From contig NC_042997.1 in the NCBI RefSeq assembly GCF_006345805.1, forward strand, positions 101,184,001-101,248,000: DNA of 64,000 nucleotides. The letters run 5' to 3'. The notes beneath the pieces are model-generated. The model had not been told where the DNA came from. It did no database searches and worked only from the letters and a program-made list of their open reading frames with translations. Each line of letters opens with the position of its first letter. Within the stretch, counting starts at the first letter, position 1. The stretch is from Octopus sinensis (lineage: Eukaryota). The position numbers were made by a program, and so were the translations under genes. This document shows positions 25,111-39,718 of the stretch, piece by piece.

Positions 25111-25541
25111 CATATCTGTTGGCAAAATTGTTGACAAACTAAAAGGTAAAAGAAGGATAGAAAATGATATTTGTTCCAAGTTCATCATATGTAATTTATG
25201 CACACTGTGATTTATGTAAACTATGATTTGTATTGTTTGTTGCTTGCTTGATAAAAGGTGTTTTTTTTTTTTATAAATTGATATTTGCATTCTTATCAGT
25301 TTAAAATTTCGACGAAATCAACCCCTCGTCTCCTTTTTAACCAAAGAGTTTTATACGCCTATGCCTCTATATGTATTCATAACTAGTTTATGTGCCACCA
25401 GATAAATTGGATGGAGTATATTTCTTCTGGCTTTAGGTTTCCGAAACACTTCCGTTCCACTTGAGATATTCTCAGAGCGAAGAGTGCGAAAATAACATTG
25501 CAAATATCAAAATGGAAACCAAATTCACTGATGGCTACATT

Positions 25542-25612
25542 ATAAGTGTTCTGAATATATAATATAGATAAGTGTTCTGAATATATAATACAGATAAGTG
25601 TTCTGAATATAT
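25542..25612. repeat. 26-bp tandem repeat, about 2.7 copies
   Basis: ataagtgttctgaatatataata(t/c)ag. Confidence 0.9.
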
Positions 25613-26719
25613 GAATAATTTTTCTTGTGGCAAAGACACTACATGATAGAAACTCTTCTTAAATATTTCAGTCTATGCTTTTATGATTGTTAAGACAAAT
25701 TTTTTGCTTCAAAACTGCTATGATTATTTTTAGGAATACAATCTTAAAATATCTAAATTATGTTTTTTAGAATTTTCATGGAAATATTGGCCGAAGAGAG
25801 AGTCATTCATTTAAATAGGTAGTAAGACACTCAGAGAAAGTGAACAGTAGGCATTCAGAGAAGTTCTCCACGCCAGGCTATTGTATTGGTCCGGTGGCCT
25901 AGCCCTATCCAGGTCATGGGTTCTAGATAACTCCTTCCTGCCATAAACTGTTCTACTGTCTATATTGCACCCCTCATGGATGATTAAGGTGCCTCAGAGT
26001 CAAGGTGTCCCTGGTGTTGTAATCAGTTCAAATATAGCTTCATGTTTTAATAAGGCCTCCTCCGTTTTCTTATCCAATTCTTTTAGATAAGTTTGTTTTT
26101 TAAATCATTCTTTTCTCCTTTAATCTTTTCGTCCTCAAAATATCAATGTTTAGCACATTAAATCAGAAGAATTTACAGTGATCCTTTTATGTTTGTTTAA
26201 ATACGTATTTATATTTGTCGATTATAATATTTTGACTGTAACAATGACAAAAATTTACAAGAAAATTCAAAGAACCGCCATTACTTCCTACATGTATACT
26301 GATCTATCAATTTAGAATTTAGCATATAAATTAAGAGCGTTAAAACTATGTTTATCGTTTACCAAACGCACTCCGATTAATCAGCTCCGCCCAGTAGGTA
26401 ATTGTCAACAAAGATACTGCATTGATCTTAAATTAGAGTCATTTCAAGGCTGTTGCTGTGTACAATCTAAAGCTCTTTATTGAATGAAAACGAATGGCTT
26501 TAGGAAGATGTATTTATGTATGTGTGTGTGTGACTGCATGTGTGTGTGTATGTGCGTGTATTTATACACACACACACACATATATATATATATGTATATA
26601 TATACATATGTATATATATATATACACATATGAATATATATATACATATATACATACGTATATGTGTGTATATATATAATATATATATATATATATGCAT
26701 ATGAAAAAAACGCTAGAAC

Positions 26720-27130
26720 GCTTCATCGTCATCATAATCATTAAACACCATCTTCCTCATCATCAACATCCCCATCCTCTTCTCCTACATCATCATCATC
26801 ATCATCATAGCCGTCATCGTCCGTCATTAACATCATTACCACCACCACCACACCACCGTCAGTATCCTCATCATTGTTTTTGTCGTCATGGACATCATCA
26901 TCTTTATCACTATCCCCATGTTATCAGCATGTAATCACCACCGCCATCATCATCACCATCATCATTACCGTCACCGTCACTGCAACAGCCACTACAGCAA
27001 TACTACCTTTAACACGACTAGCTTCCGCATCCTTCATGATCATCATCGTCATCATCACGATCGCTCTTCGCCGCCGCCATCGCCGTCGCCACCATTGTCA
27101 TCGTCGTCGTCGTCGTCGTCGTCATTTTCT
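26720..27130. repeat. (CAT/CAC/CGT)n low-complexity block
   Basis: Direct reading. Confidence 0.85.
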
Positions 27131-27484
27131 TTCCAAGGTCTTCCTAGTCAAGAAACAACCTAAAGGAAAACAAAACCAACCTAATAAATCCAAATTGTTA
27201 AGACGTAATATCTGTGTATTGAGTTCAATTTTACCAAAATATGTTTATCGTAATTTCTTAGTGGTAAGACTCTTCTAGATCACAAAAAAAAAGACAAAAA
27301 ACATTGACAATCTCACTGAACTGAAATAGAACTAGGAGGAACCCGAGACAATTTTTTGTAGGTAATCAATGTTAGAAATGAGACACTAATAAACGATTTG
27401 ACTAAGCTTTAAAGATATTCTTTTAATACATACTTCAAAATATAAGCATTGGGTGCTATGACAAAAGAAATATAATACATACTT

Positions 27485-27790
27485 TTGTTGTTGTTGCTGT
27501 TGTTGTTGTCACTAGGTTCTACAATCAAACGCGTTCCAACTATGATGTATATGGTAGTGATGGTGGTGATGATGATGGTAGAGGTGATGATGATGATAAT
27601 GGTGACGATGATAATGGTGACGATGATGATGGTGACGATGATGATGGTGACGATGATGATGGTTATAGTAATGCCAAAGATAGTGGCGTTAACATTATTG
27701 TTCTTGTTGGTGATGGTGGTGATGGTGGTGGAAGTGATCGTGATGATAAAAATAACGTTGACTATGAAGGTGGCGACAACAACTAAGATA
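27485..27790. repeat. (GAT/GGT/GTT)n low-complexity block
   Basis: Direct reading. Confidence 0.85.
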
Positions 27791-28439
27791 GACATAAAAC
27801 ATAAACAAGAACTACATTTTCCAATATATTCTTCTTTGTATAAGCTATTAGGATGAGGTTAGAGAGGAATTCGGCTACTATTTCTTGCAGATCGAACGAC
27901 CACGTAAAATCTAAATCACTTGCTAGTAAAATACAAGCTTTAATCAAAACTAAAGTGAAAAAAAAAAGAATTCTTGGGATCCGTAATATAACTATTTCAA
28001 AGCTTTGATACTGTAAGAGTATAATGTTGAAATACTCTTGTTTTGAATATTCAACAATATTTTATACACCAAGCTATGATATATACTTATACTGAAAAAT
28101 AAACATAAGAAGCTATTGAAAAACTCTCTAAAGATTAATTTGAAAACATATAATTGTTAGTTACGCTACGTTCTTTAGATTCAGACACATTTAATCATGT
28201 TTTGCTAGGAAAATGCAAATTTAAACTTGGCCTCCAAATATATCGAATTCAGAATGTATCAGCATAATTTTCTTTATAATTTTAAATGAATATGGCTTTC
28301 TCTTCTTGCTCCAAATATTTTCCAGTTACCATAGGTCAGATGATGCATCTAATTGGCATTTTCTCTCTACTTTGAAAATCAATATGTTTTAGATGATCTC
28401 ACAATATTCTTTGTAGTGTAGCACAATAAATGATAATTT

Positions 28440-28570
28440 GGCATAGGCGTCAGAGCGTTAGATGTATTTCCTCTCGATATTTGTTCTTGCTCTTGGTTCT
28501 GTGAGTTCAAATCCCGTCGAAGTCAATTTTGCATTTCGTCCTTTCGGAGTCTAAAAACTAGGAGCAACTG
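28440..28570 (+). mobile_element. Old tRNA-SINE fragment
   Basis: gagttcaaatcccgtcgaagtcaattttgcatttcgtcctttcggagtc. Confidence 0.6.
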
Positions 28571-29729
28571 AGGGCAGTGCATTGGTGGAATTGTAAGTTC
28601 ACGTTACCTGTTCTAGCTCTGCGTTCAAATCTTGTCATAGCTTACTTGGGTGGTGGAGTTAATCTATAGCCCAGTTTAATACCACCATCTGACACTTTCT
28701 GCGTCTTTTGTGGCGTCGACCACGTTGCAAACACTCATCCCAGGTCTCCGGTTTCAGGATATCTTCTTCCCTATCACTAATATTTGAGACCCTCTGAATG
28801 TTCAGAGACACAACCTTCTTCCCTTCTCTCTAAACTTATGTGAAAAGTTAAGCATTTACAACACAAAATAATTAATGAACGATTTCAGCGCCATTTCCGC
28901 ACTTCCAAAATGCGTACATCAACACCAGAAGCTCATATTACTTTTCTTGAAGGAATACAGGAAAATGTTATAAGCTATAAATATTTAGGCTGCTCTCTTT
29001 ATAAAGGTGACGACGCGAAAGAATACATCAAGACAAATAGCCCAACGATGCAATCTCTGTGTCCACACAACTTGCTAACAAGAGCAGTCAAACTTCCTTT
29101 AAATAAATAATTACCATCTGCAAAATAACACGTTTCATAACTCAGTTGTGTTACAGTATACTTCATAACATGACCTGACGAACTGTTGATTGGTAATAGA
29201 AAATTCGATATTTACCACCAGAGGGAGTCTCTATGCGTCGCTCCACCGTCTTGAAATAGCAGCAGCATTTCCTCGAATCACTATGTAGAGTCTTAAAAGA
29301 GCAAACACACATTGGACGACGCAGTGACACACAAACACACACACACACACATACATACACACACACAAGTAAACTTTTGCTAGAAGACTAAATTTCAAAA
29401 CAAATATGAATAGTTGTTTTTTGCATGGTTTTGTCGTATGTGGGCTTCAAGAAAGTTTACTGCATCTTCTTGCTGGGTAAAGTAATCTTTAAAAGACAGT
29501 ATAACCATGAGACTGTGTAATGATGTTTCTATTGTCCAAACAAAGTTATCAGATTACACCGGAGTTAAAAACAATCTAAAGAAACTGCAATAAATTCTGC
29601 CGGTAATTCTCAATAAAATATCTATTAACAGTGAGATACTGACAGAACAAAAGCCTTTGAATAAGCATCCAACAGGTAGATATTGGACAGGAAGAATAAA
29701 GTGTCAGCGTTTTGAATAAGGAAACAATA

Positions 29730-29880
29730 AAATGTTTCTTAGGAGTATATATAACAATTGAAGCAATATACTTAACTACATCTTCTATTTATACTTTCAA
29801 ACTGTTTCAAATGTTTCTTAGGAGTATATACCAATTGAAGCAATATACTTAACTACATCTTCTATTTATACTTTCAAACT
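29730..29880. repeat. ~79-bp tandem duplication
   Basis: aaatgtttcttaggagtatata...tatactttcaaact twice (starts 29730 and 29809). Confidence 0.9.
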
Positions 29881-29989
29881 CTTTAGTATATGAACAAATT
29901 CACAGAAAACCTGTTGTTATGTTACACTCTGTAAAATGTGTCCTCGTAGGTTGCCTCTGCAGATATTTATATCTTTATCGCTTCTTCTG

Positions 29990-30950
29990 GAAGAAGAACT
30001 CTATCCATGACCTTCGGTAAATATTCCCCGAGATTAGTGGAATCAATACATTTTGTGTTTGTTCATATTGAGCATCTGTAAGTTTATATCTGCCGGAAAA
30101 ATGGGGGTGTGCGTTGAATTCCAGAATGTTGGCGTCCAAGAGAAGGAGGTCGGGTGATGTTAACGTAGGATTTGTGTGTGAAGGGGAAGAGTATAAAAAC
30201 TCTATAAGCAGGATGCTTAACGAGGAGGATGTCAAGTACAACGACATTACTTTCACTGATATTTTCAAGGACCACATGTCATCGATATAGGTACGTGTTT
30301 AATCTGCCTACACAGGAGACATAATGGTAGTCACTGAAGAGGCAGAGAGACTCAACATGTTGAAGAAAATGTTTGTTAATAACTGATTCCATCACCTTTG
30401 AAACAATGAAAATTAGACGGTTAGGTCGAAAATTGGAAGTCTAGGAGAGAGTACTCTTCTCTGGGGTGGATACATTAACGGTTCCCTTTAGAAATATGTC
30501 ACAGAGAAATCGCGATAGATCGCTGCAGAGAGAGATAACGACGGAAGAATTTGGCTGGGATAGATGTTAGTTCTAGAATTTGAGATTTGCAGAAACATTT
30601 GAAAGTAACAGAAGAAACAGTGTTAATAACGGTGATGTTTTGGCTTGAAGTAAATGGAGGTATTTTCACATTTGACAAGTACGCGGTTCTGAGACTGTAG
30701 AATAGAGAAGAAATGTTTTAAAGTAGTTATACTTGGGGTAGAGCAAAGTCTACATCTAATGTAGATCTAGGTGCAAAATGGAATGTAAAAGTTTTATACG
30801 CAGAATTACTGTTTACGGAATCATCAAGGTTGAGGCTCAGTGGATGTAGAAATGCCACAAATTTGTAGAAAACCGATTGATAAGGGACCAAAAGAACCAG
30901 CTGCAATTTGAGATGCGGGTTAGCTTGAAGGCTATAGGATGCACAAGACA
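29990..30950 (-). mobile_element. Degenerate CR1/Jockey-like LINE RT remnant
   Basis: PLNLDDSVNSNSAYKTFTFHFAPRSTLD, SNFRPNRLIFIVSKVMESVINKHFLQHVESLCLFSDYHY, ESNVVVLDI, matching the SNYRPI..SKVFE..N and LDISKAF regions of RT. Confidence 0.65.
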
Positions 30951-33900
30951 TTTTTTTTCTTTTATCATGTTGTTGGAGTCCCGCTATTGGGTATGTAAAG
31001 ACCGTACAGAGAGAAAGGTAACGAGAATAAGTCTCAGGTACATCACACAGCCCTTACAATAAATATAAAAAGAATAATATTTATATGTGCCAGAGAGAAA
31101 AGAGAGAGACACAACCGAGTAGAATGTTTAAGAGAAGATTTATTGATATGTTAACATGTGTGTCTGTGTGTGCATCATGTATACAGAATAATAAACAGGC
31201 CATCATGAGAACAAAGTGTATGTGTGTATAGACATGGTTGCATGCGCGTGTGTTAAGTACGTATAAGAATAGCAACGAAGAAGCAAATAGTGAAAGAGTC
31301 TATAATGAGTATGTTCATAAACACAAGAACGAGAATACCAGTTCATAGTCAATTGTACACGGCAGTTGAAATACTGCATCAAGAAGATGCGGCCATGATG
31401 CTGAGTCGGTTGCGGTACATACCGTACGATAGGTTGTGGCTGTAATGCTGTTACTTAATTACTTGGTACAAGGGTGCTGGCAGGTTGTACATTTGCTGAT
31501 GATCCTTGGTGGAGTAATTCACGACCAGTGAAGTGTTGGAGCCTGGGCGAGTTGCTTTTTGAGCTGTGTACGTAGAGAGATGATGTTGACGTCAGGACGT
31601 TAAGAAGATGATGGTGGCGACGAAGAAGGTGATTGCTGTAATGCTGTTGGACGAAGTTGGTAAGTCTCAGCGTGACTCTGTGGTATCGTCGCTGGAACTG
31701 GCTGTATCTTGTGTTGGCAGTGGCTAGACCTTAAAAGATCTGAAACCAAAGACGTCAAGACGAGGAGATGTTGGGTTTTTATAAGGAGCTGTAGGCTCAA
31801 AACTAGAGATGTGCTACAGCTAAGGAGTGAAAGAGTTGTCTCTTAGTGTTTGTCTTTCGGGAGATGATTGTCAGGGTCTAAGCCAGATCAAAGCCTACGG
31901 ATGTTTGTATATAAAAGGTAAAAATGACTCAGCAGACTGAGTATTATTCATCTGATTTCCTTTTTAGATTATTCAATGGAGGTTAGGTGACAGAGCGAGA
32001 AATAAGACCAGTGAGAAATAAGACCATAATCCCTGAATTATCGTTATTTCAATACCTATAATTAGCGCGGAAACAACAGATGGACTTCTGAATCTTGGAG
32101 AGAAAGGATACAGAAATATATACGAGTAGATAAGCTAGCCTTACTCCCAAGGCATTATTACTTAGTGAAGGCTCTTTGTTTTATTTGGTGGCAGGCCTTT
32201 AAAGAGAAACATTTTTATATCTATCCTCTGACAAATAGTGATACTACCTGAAGGAAAGTGTTGCGAAAATCGATGCGTCAAGACATCATATAAATTTTCC
32301 GAAAGTCTGATCAGAAGGTACTCAGCTATAAGTTTTCAATGAATGGTTAAATAAGTATAAAATGGTGCGATATGTTAAACCTACAGATGTTTCAATAAGC
32401 TGAAGCAAAATGAATCGGTCTGCAAATTCGGATACCCCGTAGTTTTATGGATCTAGGAATTGACTAAAAATGTTTGGGACTGTTTTGCTTAGATGAAGCT
32501 TGTTTAGATATATTGTATGAAGCGTAATCTTATTTACGTATTGTATTAGACAATCTTTATTACACTGATAATACATACCTGGAATATCAACTCTTTGAAG
32601 TTCTTAGAAGCGAGAAGTGGTAAGAACGGAGATGATAAAACAAAAGGTGTGGAAGACGTTGTTGCTATCTATTCCATTCTGTATTGCTAACTTATGGCAG
32701 CTGATTTTATTCTTTCAGAAATTATATCAATTTGGAAGATGGTGACTTTCAAAGAAAGGCTATTAATTCCAAAGCTATATATATAATAAATCCAAGGGAA
32801 TCTAATAAAACTGGTGAATGTTTTATTTTTCCGCACCGCAATAAATTTATCGATATTTTAATCTTTTGATCTTGGTAAGCAGACATTTTCAAACTTGAGT
32901 GGTACGAATTCGTGTAATAAAAAAAAAGCTATATGTTTACTTGTTTACGTAGATTTTTTCTAATTGTATTTGAATATTTATATAGTGAAGGAATTTTAAG
33001 TTGTGATCTACATTGATTCCAATATCTTATCCTGCCTCTCTCTTTCATTGGGACTTTCTTTACGTTATTGTTTCCAAGACTGAAAAGTTAGCATTTACAT
33101 CCAATCAACAGTTCAGTCAAAATAGTCTTACCATATTTTGATGCAGTGTGAAATGCATTATTAATTACTGTATATTAATTATTCAGGCAAATGCAAAAGA
33201 CAACTAAGAAAATTTACTAAACATACTCTATATATTAGCAGAAGTGAAAAATTAGCATATTTAGAGAATGAATTATTGATATATTACACTTGAAGCAAAC
33301 ATTTCGACTCTTCAGAATCTGCTGTTAAAAAGTGCTTAGCATCATCCACAGCTTTTGATAAGCATGACAAAATGGATTCCGTTCGATGAAAGATAATTTA
33401 TTAAAGTGACATATATTGAGAGATATTCCTTCAGGCTGTTACGGTACCATCTACAATTTAATGAATATTGTATTAATTTCTTTGCGAATTTTCCTTTTGC
33501 TGCACTGTTTAGTAGATTCAAATGATGATTAACCTGAATTTCTTCTTCAGATATAGAATACTCTGGAGTAGATTATTCAGTATCTCTATTTTAAAGATGG
33601 TAGATGCGGTTTTTCCTTTCCAACATGATAGTTATTCCGACTACATTATTTAACGCATTATTTTTGAAAGAAAAGTAGGTTGTGATTTGAGACAAATTTG
33701 ACTGGCGTTTCTTGCAAGTCGAGCACTTCGGTAAGATCAACCCTTGTTGCAATATTAGGAAAATTCTTAAAGTGCACGTGAATGGTAATTGCAATAATTA
33801 TTTAATAATTAAACGAGAATTTTTTTTTTACCAAATTAAGTGATCTAGATTCGTTTCCTTTTAAGATGTTGAAGCATTTCTCAGGATGATTCTAAGAAGT

Positions 33901-33953
33901 GAAAGCAAGATATTTGGCGGACCCAGAGGCGTACACAGATGCTTCTCCAACAC

Positions 33954-34019
<66 letters not shown>

Positions 34020-34739
34020 CTCTCTCTCTCTCTCTTTCTTTCTCTCTCTCTTTTTCTTTCTCTCTCTCTCACGCACGTATGTATACACATACACGAATAA
34101 AAAAACATACAGTTGCTCATACCTACACATCCAATTACTCAATCACTTAACAACTAGCATTTCCTGCATACACTTGGTCTGCTTTCTATATTTTCAACTG
34201 TAACATGGAAATTAAGTCAAGGAAAATGTCAATGAAGCAAATGAAAAAAAATATCGAAATACGACTCCATGAGGATTACTAAATTCTTTTATTCTTTTCC
34301 TGATTTCGAGAATTTTAGTCGATTGTAATCGAGTTAAGTCAGTGACCCTAATTTTTATAATAAGTAATCCTGATTTTTATCGACATATGGCTGTAGTTGT
34401 TTAACCACTAAGTCATTGAAGAGAAAAGAAGACATTAAATTTGTAAAGTCTGTCTTCAGATATCTTTCTGTCCACGTCACTCTTTCTTCTTTGTGTACTT
34501 TATTTAAAGGAGGCAATTGTGCGAAATTTATGACTTTGCCTATTTCTTTTAGGATTGTGCAACGTTTTTCCTTTGTATGTTAGAGATTCCTGATTCTTCA
34601 AAGATGCTAGTTAACCCACTTTTCTTGTACATAATTCTTTTGAGTTTTCTCTCATCCCTATTTGTGATATTCTTGAAACCCGTTTTCTTCCTTATTCTTA
34701 CTCCCTCAATATTTTCTACCTGTATTTTTTTTTATTGTT

Positions 34740-35090
34740 TTGTGATCTCCATTTAGCATTTAAAAAATTGCAATTGTTGTATCCCCAGTAGTTTCCATAT
34801 TTCTTTCTTCCCCTTTAATGTTATATCTTTGCTTCGACCCATTTCTATATTTCCTGTATCTGAAATTAAGAAAAAACATTTAAAAATCATATAACACACG
34901 TAGGAAAGCAGTATCATGTTAACTTGCATAATAAAAATAAACATCCTAAAAACGTACTTTTCTTCATTTCCGCTTTAAATGCACACCGATTTAAACGAAG
35001 AGTACACGAGACATGGAATATGTACTCCTACATTTCCCGTAAAAATTTTAAGAGAATCGGACAAGGAGTTTTGATTTTATTGAAGAATGA
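34740..35090 (-). mobile_element. Tc1-like transposon 5' remnant
   Basis: MGRSKDITLKGKKEIWKLLG resembles Tc1 HTH N-termini, preceded by an acceptor-like tttcag. Confidence 0.45.
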
Positions 35091-35144
35091 TTGACCTGCA
35101 TGATAAAAGGAAACATAGTGCATGTATATATATATATATATATA

Positions 35145-35192
<48 letters not shown>

Positions 35193-35234
35193 CAAAGAAA
35201 TAAGATGGAAGAAGTTGTTTTCAACAATTTCTTC

Positions 35235-35470
35235 CATTCCATTTATTTGCAGATTTGATGATTGTCACATTATAAGTAGGTTTTCGAAATAGAGTTGTGT
35301 AGTACCTGTCATCTTGTCGAAATTTTCTGTCTAATGTGGATATGGGACGGAACGCTTTCGATGCATAGGTAAATAAAATTATTGATGAATTATCGAGTGG
35401 TCTGTGTTCAGCGTGCAAACCGTGTTTATGCTTAGAGACTAACAAACTGCGTCTTACCACGATAACTCTT
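35235..35470 (-). pseudogene. Penelope-like element RT C-terminal fragment
   Basis: SIILFTYASKAFRPISTLDRKFRQDDRYYTTLFRKPT resembles the I.FT.E....I.FLD......T..YRKPT motif of PLE RTs. Confidence 0.5.
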
Positions 35471-35542
35471 TTTACATCATACATGCATACATACATACTG
35501 ACAGACAGACATACATGCATATATGTATATGTGTATATATAT

Positions 35543-35573
<31 letters not shown>

Positions 35574-36574
35574 GTCAATATATACATATATATATATTTG
35601 TCAATATATATATACATATTTATGCACACACACACACACACATACTTATATATATCTGCATACATACATGTATAAACACATAAATGCACCTATGGATTGG
35701 TAGACGTTTTCATTTTCAACGAAAAATTACGCAATTTGTACGTAGATATTATTTATAGATAGTTACTGGTTGCCACAGAGACATTTGCAACTCAAAAAAC
35801 AACGGCTGCATTGGACTAACAGAAAGTTCCGGCATAAAAAGGTTCGGAACACACACACATACATACACACAAAGTCCGAATCTCTGAAAAGCAACTCAAC
35901 ACTCCATTGCCCAAATTTATTTGGAATTTAAAGGATAATCAAATTCACAGTTGCAAAATCAATTTGTCTATTATAGAACGCGCATTTTTCTACGTTAGTG
36001 ACTCCAGAATCAGTGACTTTTGTCTCTTTGAGAAATTTATCATCCGATTACAGCGTTTTGTAATTTTGATCAAAAGAATGTAATTGGTAAATTCTTGCAG
36101 ACACTCCCAACGGCATTTATTGAGAATTTTCTAATAAATGGCTAAAGTAGTTTGTTTCTCACATAATGGATTTACATTACTCTAAAAAAAATGGCCATAT
36201 TTTGAAAAGAATACCTAATCAACACTGAAATTTCATTAATGAGCCAACTTCTTTGCTTTAGTGTATTTTATACATATAATACAGAAGATATGAAAATAAA
36301 ACGAGTGTATATGGATTGAATACACAAGCTGTATATGACAGTTGAATAAATGAATATGTAAAAAATTTTCTAATGGTTTTGGCAACCAATCATATTTCAA
36401 TGACGACTCCTATCTCCATGTTTGTACGATATTTATATTATGTCACGCTACTTTCCTTCATTGATAGTCTCACTTATCAGTAATATGTAACGAGTCAAGA
36501 AGCTTCAATTACTGATGACGATGATGATGATGATGATGATGATGATGAGGAGGAGGAGGAGGAGGAGGATGGTG

Positions 36575-36988
36575 ATATCAAGATAAACAGCGCATGACCT
36601 TGCAGATGGGGTCCAGTTAGAAATTTCTTCTTGTCGAGTAGCCCATCCCGCTCAAAAGGTCCCTGAATAAGGATTGTTTAAGGATGTTGAACGAAACACC
36701 CATGTTTCCAAAGGTCAATTATCCAAATCTCCAAGACTTCCTTTCAACACACGGCTATGATGCTCCCCCACTACTTCTGCTCGTGATAAGAGATGCACAT
36801 ATCGTCAGCCACTAAGGGACATGGTCAACTGGTTAAAGTCAAACAACTGACAAACAAATCTGTGGTATTGAGCAGAATATTTGCTGTAGTCCATCTTTTA
36901 TACCAAGACAAAACAATGTACATGATAACACTTCCAATCAGTTAAGATCAGAAGCCATGAGAGCCACTGTCTGGTACTGCATCAGGGC
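36575..36988 (+). mobile_element. ~580-bp repeat, copy 2 (lacks the first ~140 bp)
   Basis: Collinear with 3128-3541; flanked by (GAT)n/(GAG)n and (ATG)n. Confidence 0.85.
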
Positions 36989-36992
36989 ATAT

Positions 36993-37036
<44 letters not shown>

Positions 37037-39060
37037 AAGAGCGAGGGTAATATAGCTAGCAACTATAGACCAATCACTTGCTTATCATTGGTGCGGAAAC
37101 TTTGGCAGGTATGCTTTCAGAAAGCATTTACGAGTACTTTGAAATCCAAAAGTTGCTACCAGAAGAACAGAAAGGTTGCAGGAAGAAGACTAGAGGAACG
37201 TATGATCTATTATACATAGACAAAGCAGTTCTAAATGAAGTAAAAGCTAGAAAGAAAAATCTAACAACAGCATGGATAGATTATAACAAAGCCAATGACA
37301 TGATCACACACTCATGGATAAGTGAATGTTTGAGCATATTCAGTATAGCAGACAACATAAGAGAATTAATCAGCTTTAGCATGAAGAAATGGAAAATTGA
37401 TCTCTACTCAGGTGACACATTCTTAGAGAAAGTTAATATCAGAAAAGGAGTTTCCCAGAAGGACTCGTTGTCCCCTTTAATATTTGTCTTATGTTTGATC
37501 CTCCTCAATTTAGTGTTAAAGAAGCCAAAGGGTATCGATTCAGAAATAATAATGGAAAAATTAACCATTTGCTCTACATGGATGATCTGAAGCTTTTTAG
37601 TAAGAACTAAAAAGAGATAGATTCCTTAATACTAACTGTAAAACTCTTCAGCAAAGATATAGGCATGGAATTTCTCATAGATACGTGTGCAATATTGGTC
37701 ATGAAAATAGGACAGGTAGTCAACAGCGAAGGCATCCAATTATCAGATGGCCAGACATTAAAATCACTGGAAGGAGGGGAGAATTATAAGTATCTAGGAG
37801 TATTAGAATCTGACAGAATACTAACTATAGAAATGAAAACGAAAATTGAGAGTGAGTACATCAGAAGGGTGAGGAAGCTGATGAAGTCAAAGCTAAATAG
37901 TCCGAATCTAGTGAAGGCTGTAAATACTTGGGCAGTATCGTTAATTAGACACTCAACAACTTTTGTTGATTTGACAAAAATTAAATTAGCAAAGTTAGAC
38001 AGAACTAGGAAGGAATTCAATATGAATGGATGACTCCACCAAAGGGCAGATGTAGCAAGATTATACCTCCCTAGAAAAGAAAGTGAAAGAGGGTTAATAT
38101 CAGTAGAAAACTGTGTAGAGTTAGCAAGAGTAGATATAGACTCCTATGTAGGTAGTAGTGGAGAAAGTTTATCAAAAGCTTCTAGAGTCACAGCAAGACA
38201 TAGCGAAACAAAAACACCAAACGAAGTTTAAAACCAGCAAAAAGGACAGACGTTATCTGACTGGCAGGAGAAGGCGTTGCATGGTAGATTCTCAAGGATA
38301 GTTGCAGTAAATAATAGTAGTGAGACATATTTATGGCTGCAGAAAGGAAAGCTGCAAATGGAGATAGAAAGTTAGTAGCGGCGCAAGATCAAGCATTAAG
38401 GACTAATTTGGATAAAAGTGAAGATAGACAAAAACCAAGTAGATTCCCAATGTAGATTGTGCAAATAAAAGAAAAAAGCGTTACTCATATAAGTGAATGT
38501 AGCATGCTGGCACAGAAAGAATACAAAGACATTACAACCTAGGCAGAGTATGCCACTGGAAGCTTCTAGAACGCTATGATTTGAACATACTGATAAATGG
38601 TATGATCATTAGCCTAGTAAAGTACTAGAAAGTAAGAAACACAAGATGCTGTGGGACTTTAACATTCAGACTGGCAGAGTAATAGAAGTGAGAAGACCTG
38701 ATTTAGAAGTAGTAGTAGATAAAAGGAATAGAAAGTGCCAGATAATTGACTGTATAGTCCCAAATGAGGAAAAAATCAATATGAGAGGTATAGAAAAATA
38801 GCAAAGTACCAGGACCTAGCTATTGAATTACAGAGACTATGGAAAGTGTGGGTAAAATGTATCCCAGTAGTTATAGGTGAATTGGGAACTATCCCTAAAG
38901 ATTTGAACGGGTGGATAAAGGAAATAGACATAAAACCCAGTTTAGTACAGCTGCAGAAAACAGTGTTATTATGGATAGCTAGGATACTTAGGAAGGTTCT
39001 TGGCATCTAAGGTTACTTGCTGTAACCTAGAAGGAGGGTTCTTGACATCTAAGACTACTT
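37037..39060 (+). mobile_element. Degenerate 5'-truncated R4/Dong-like LINE (family C)
   Basis: EEQKGCRKK, WIDYNKANDMITHSWI, QKDSLSPL, YMDDLKL, YKYLG, C..C-H-C remnant, RPDL, KYQDLAIELQRLW, IPVVIGELG; 3' end tandemly duplicated at ~38990-39060. Confidence 0.9.
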
Positions 39061-39068
39061 GTAGCTCG

Positions 39069-39617
39069 GATGCAGTACCAGGCAGTGGCTCTCATGGCTT
39101 CTGATCTTAACTGATTGGAAGTGTTATCATAAACATTGTTTTGTCTTGGTATAAAAGATGAGCTACAGCAAATATTCTGCTCAATACCACAGACTTGCTT
39201 GTCAGTTGTATGACCGTAACCAATTGAGCATGTCCCTTAGTGGCTGACGATATGTGCATCTCTTATAACGAGCAGAAGCAGTGGGAGAGCATCATAGCCA
39301 TATGTTGAGAGGGATTCTTTGGGATTTGAATAATTCACCTCTGGAAACATGGGTGTTTCGTTCAACATCCTTAAACGGCCATTATTCAGGGACCTTTTGA
39401 GCGGGATGGGCTACTCAACCATAAGAAAATTCTAACTGGGCTCCACCTGTAAGGTCATGTGCTGTTTATCTTGATATGATATCACCATGTCGCGCACAAA
39501 TGGTTGTGATGCATGTACCTGGTGTACTCTTATCAAACGGGTAGTCATGATGGGTATACTGGTTTTCGTATATTTTATCCCAGTGTCACTTTGATGACAT
39601 GCATTGCTCTCTCACTC
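39069..39617 (-). mobile_element. ~580-bp repeat, copy 3
   Basis: Reverse complement of 2989-3537; abuts (AAT)n at 39618. Confidence 0.85.
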
Positions 39618-39651
39618 AATAATAATAATGATCATAATAATAATAATGATC

Positions 39652-39717
<66 letters not shown>

Positions 39718-39718
<1 letters not shown>

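Noticed and set aside
30270-30295. YIDD motif suggesting a Penelope RT
   Set aside because: Flanking frames fit CR1/Jockey RT domains 1-3, far upstream of the catalytic DD; the motif is a frame coincidence.
39513-39717. Apparent N-terminal extension of the 457-aa RT ORF (MYLVYS...poly-N)
   Set aside because: It is read-through from the 580-bp repeat and the (AAT)n tract; LINE sequence starts at ~39718.
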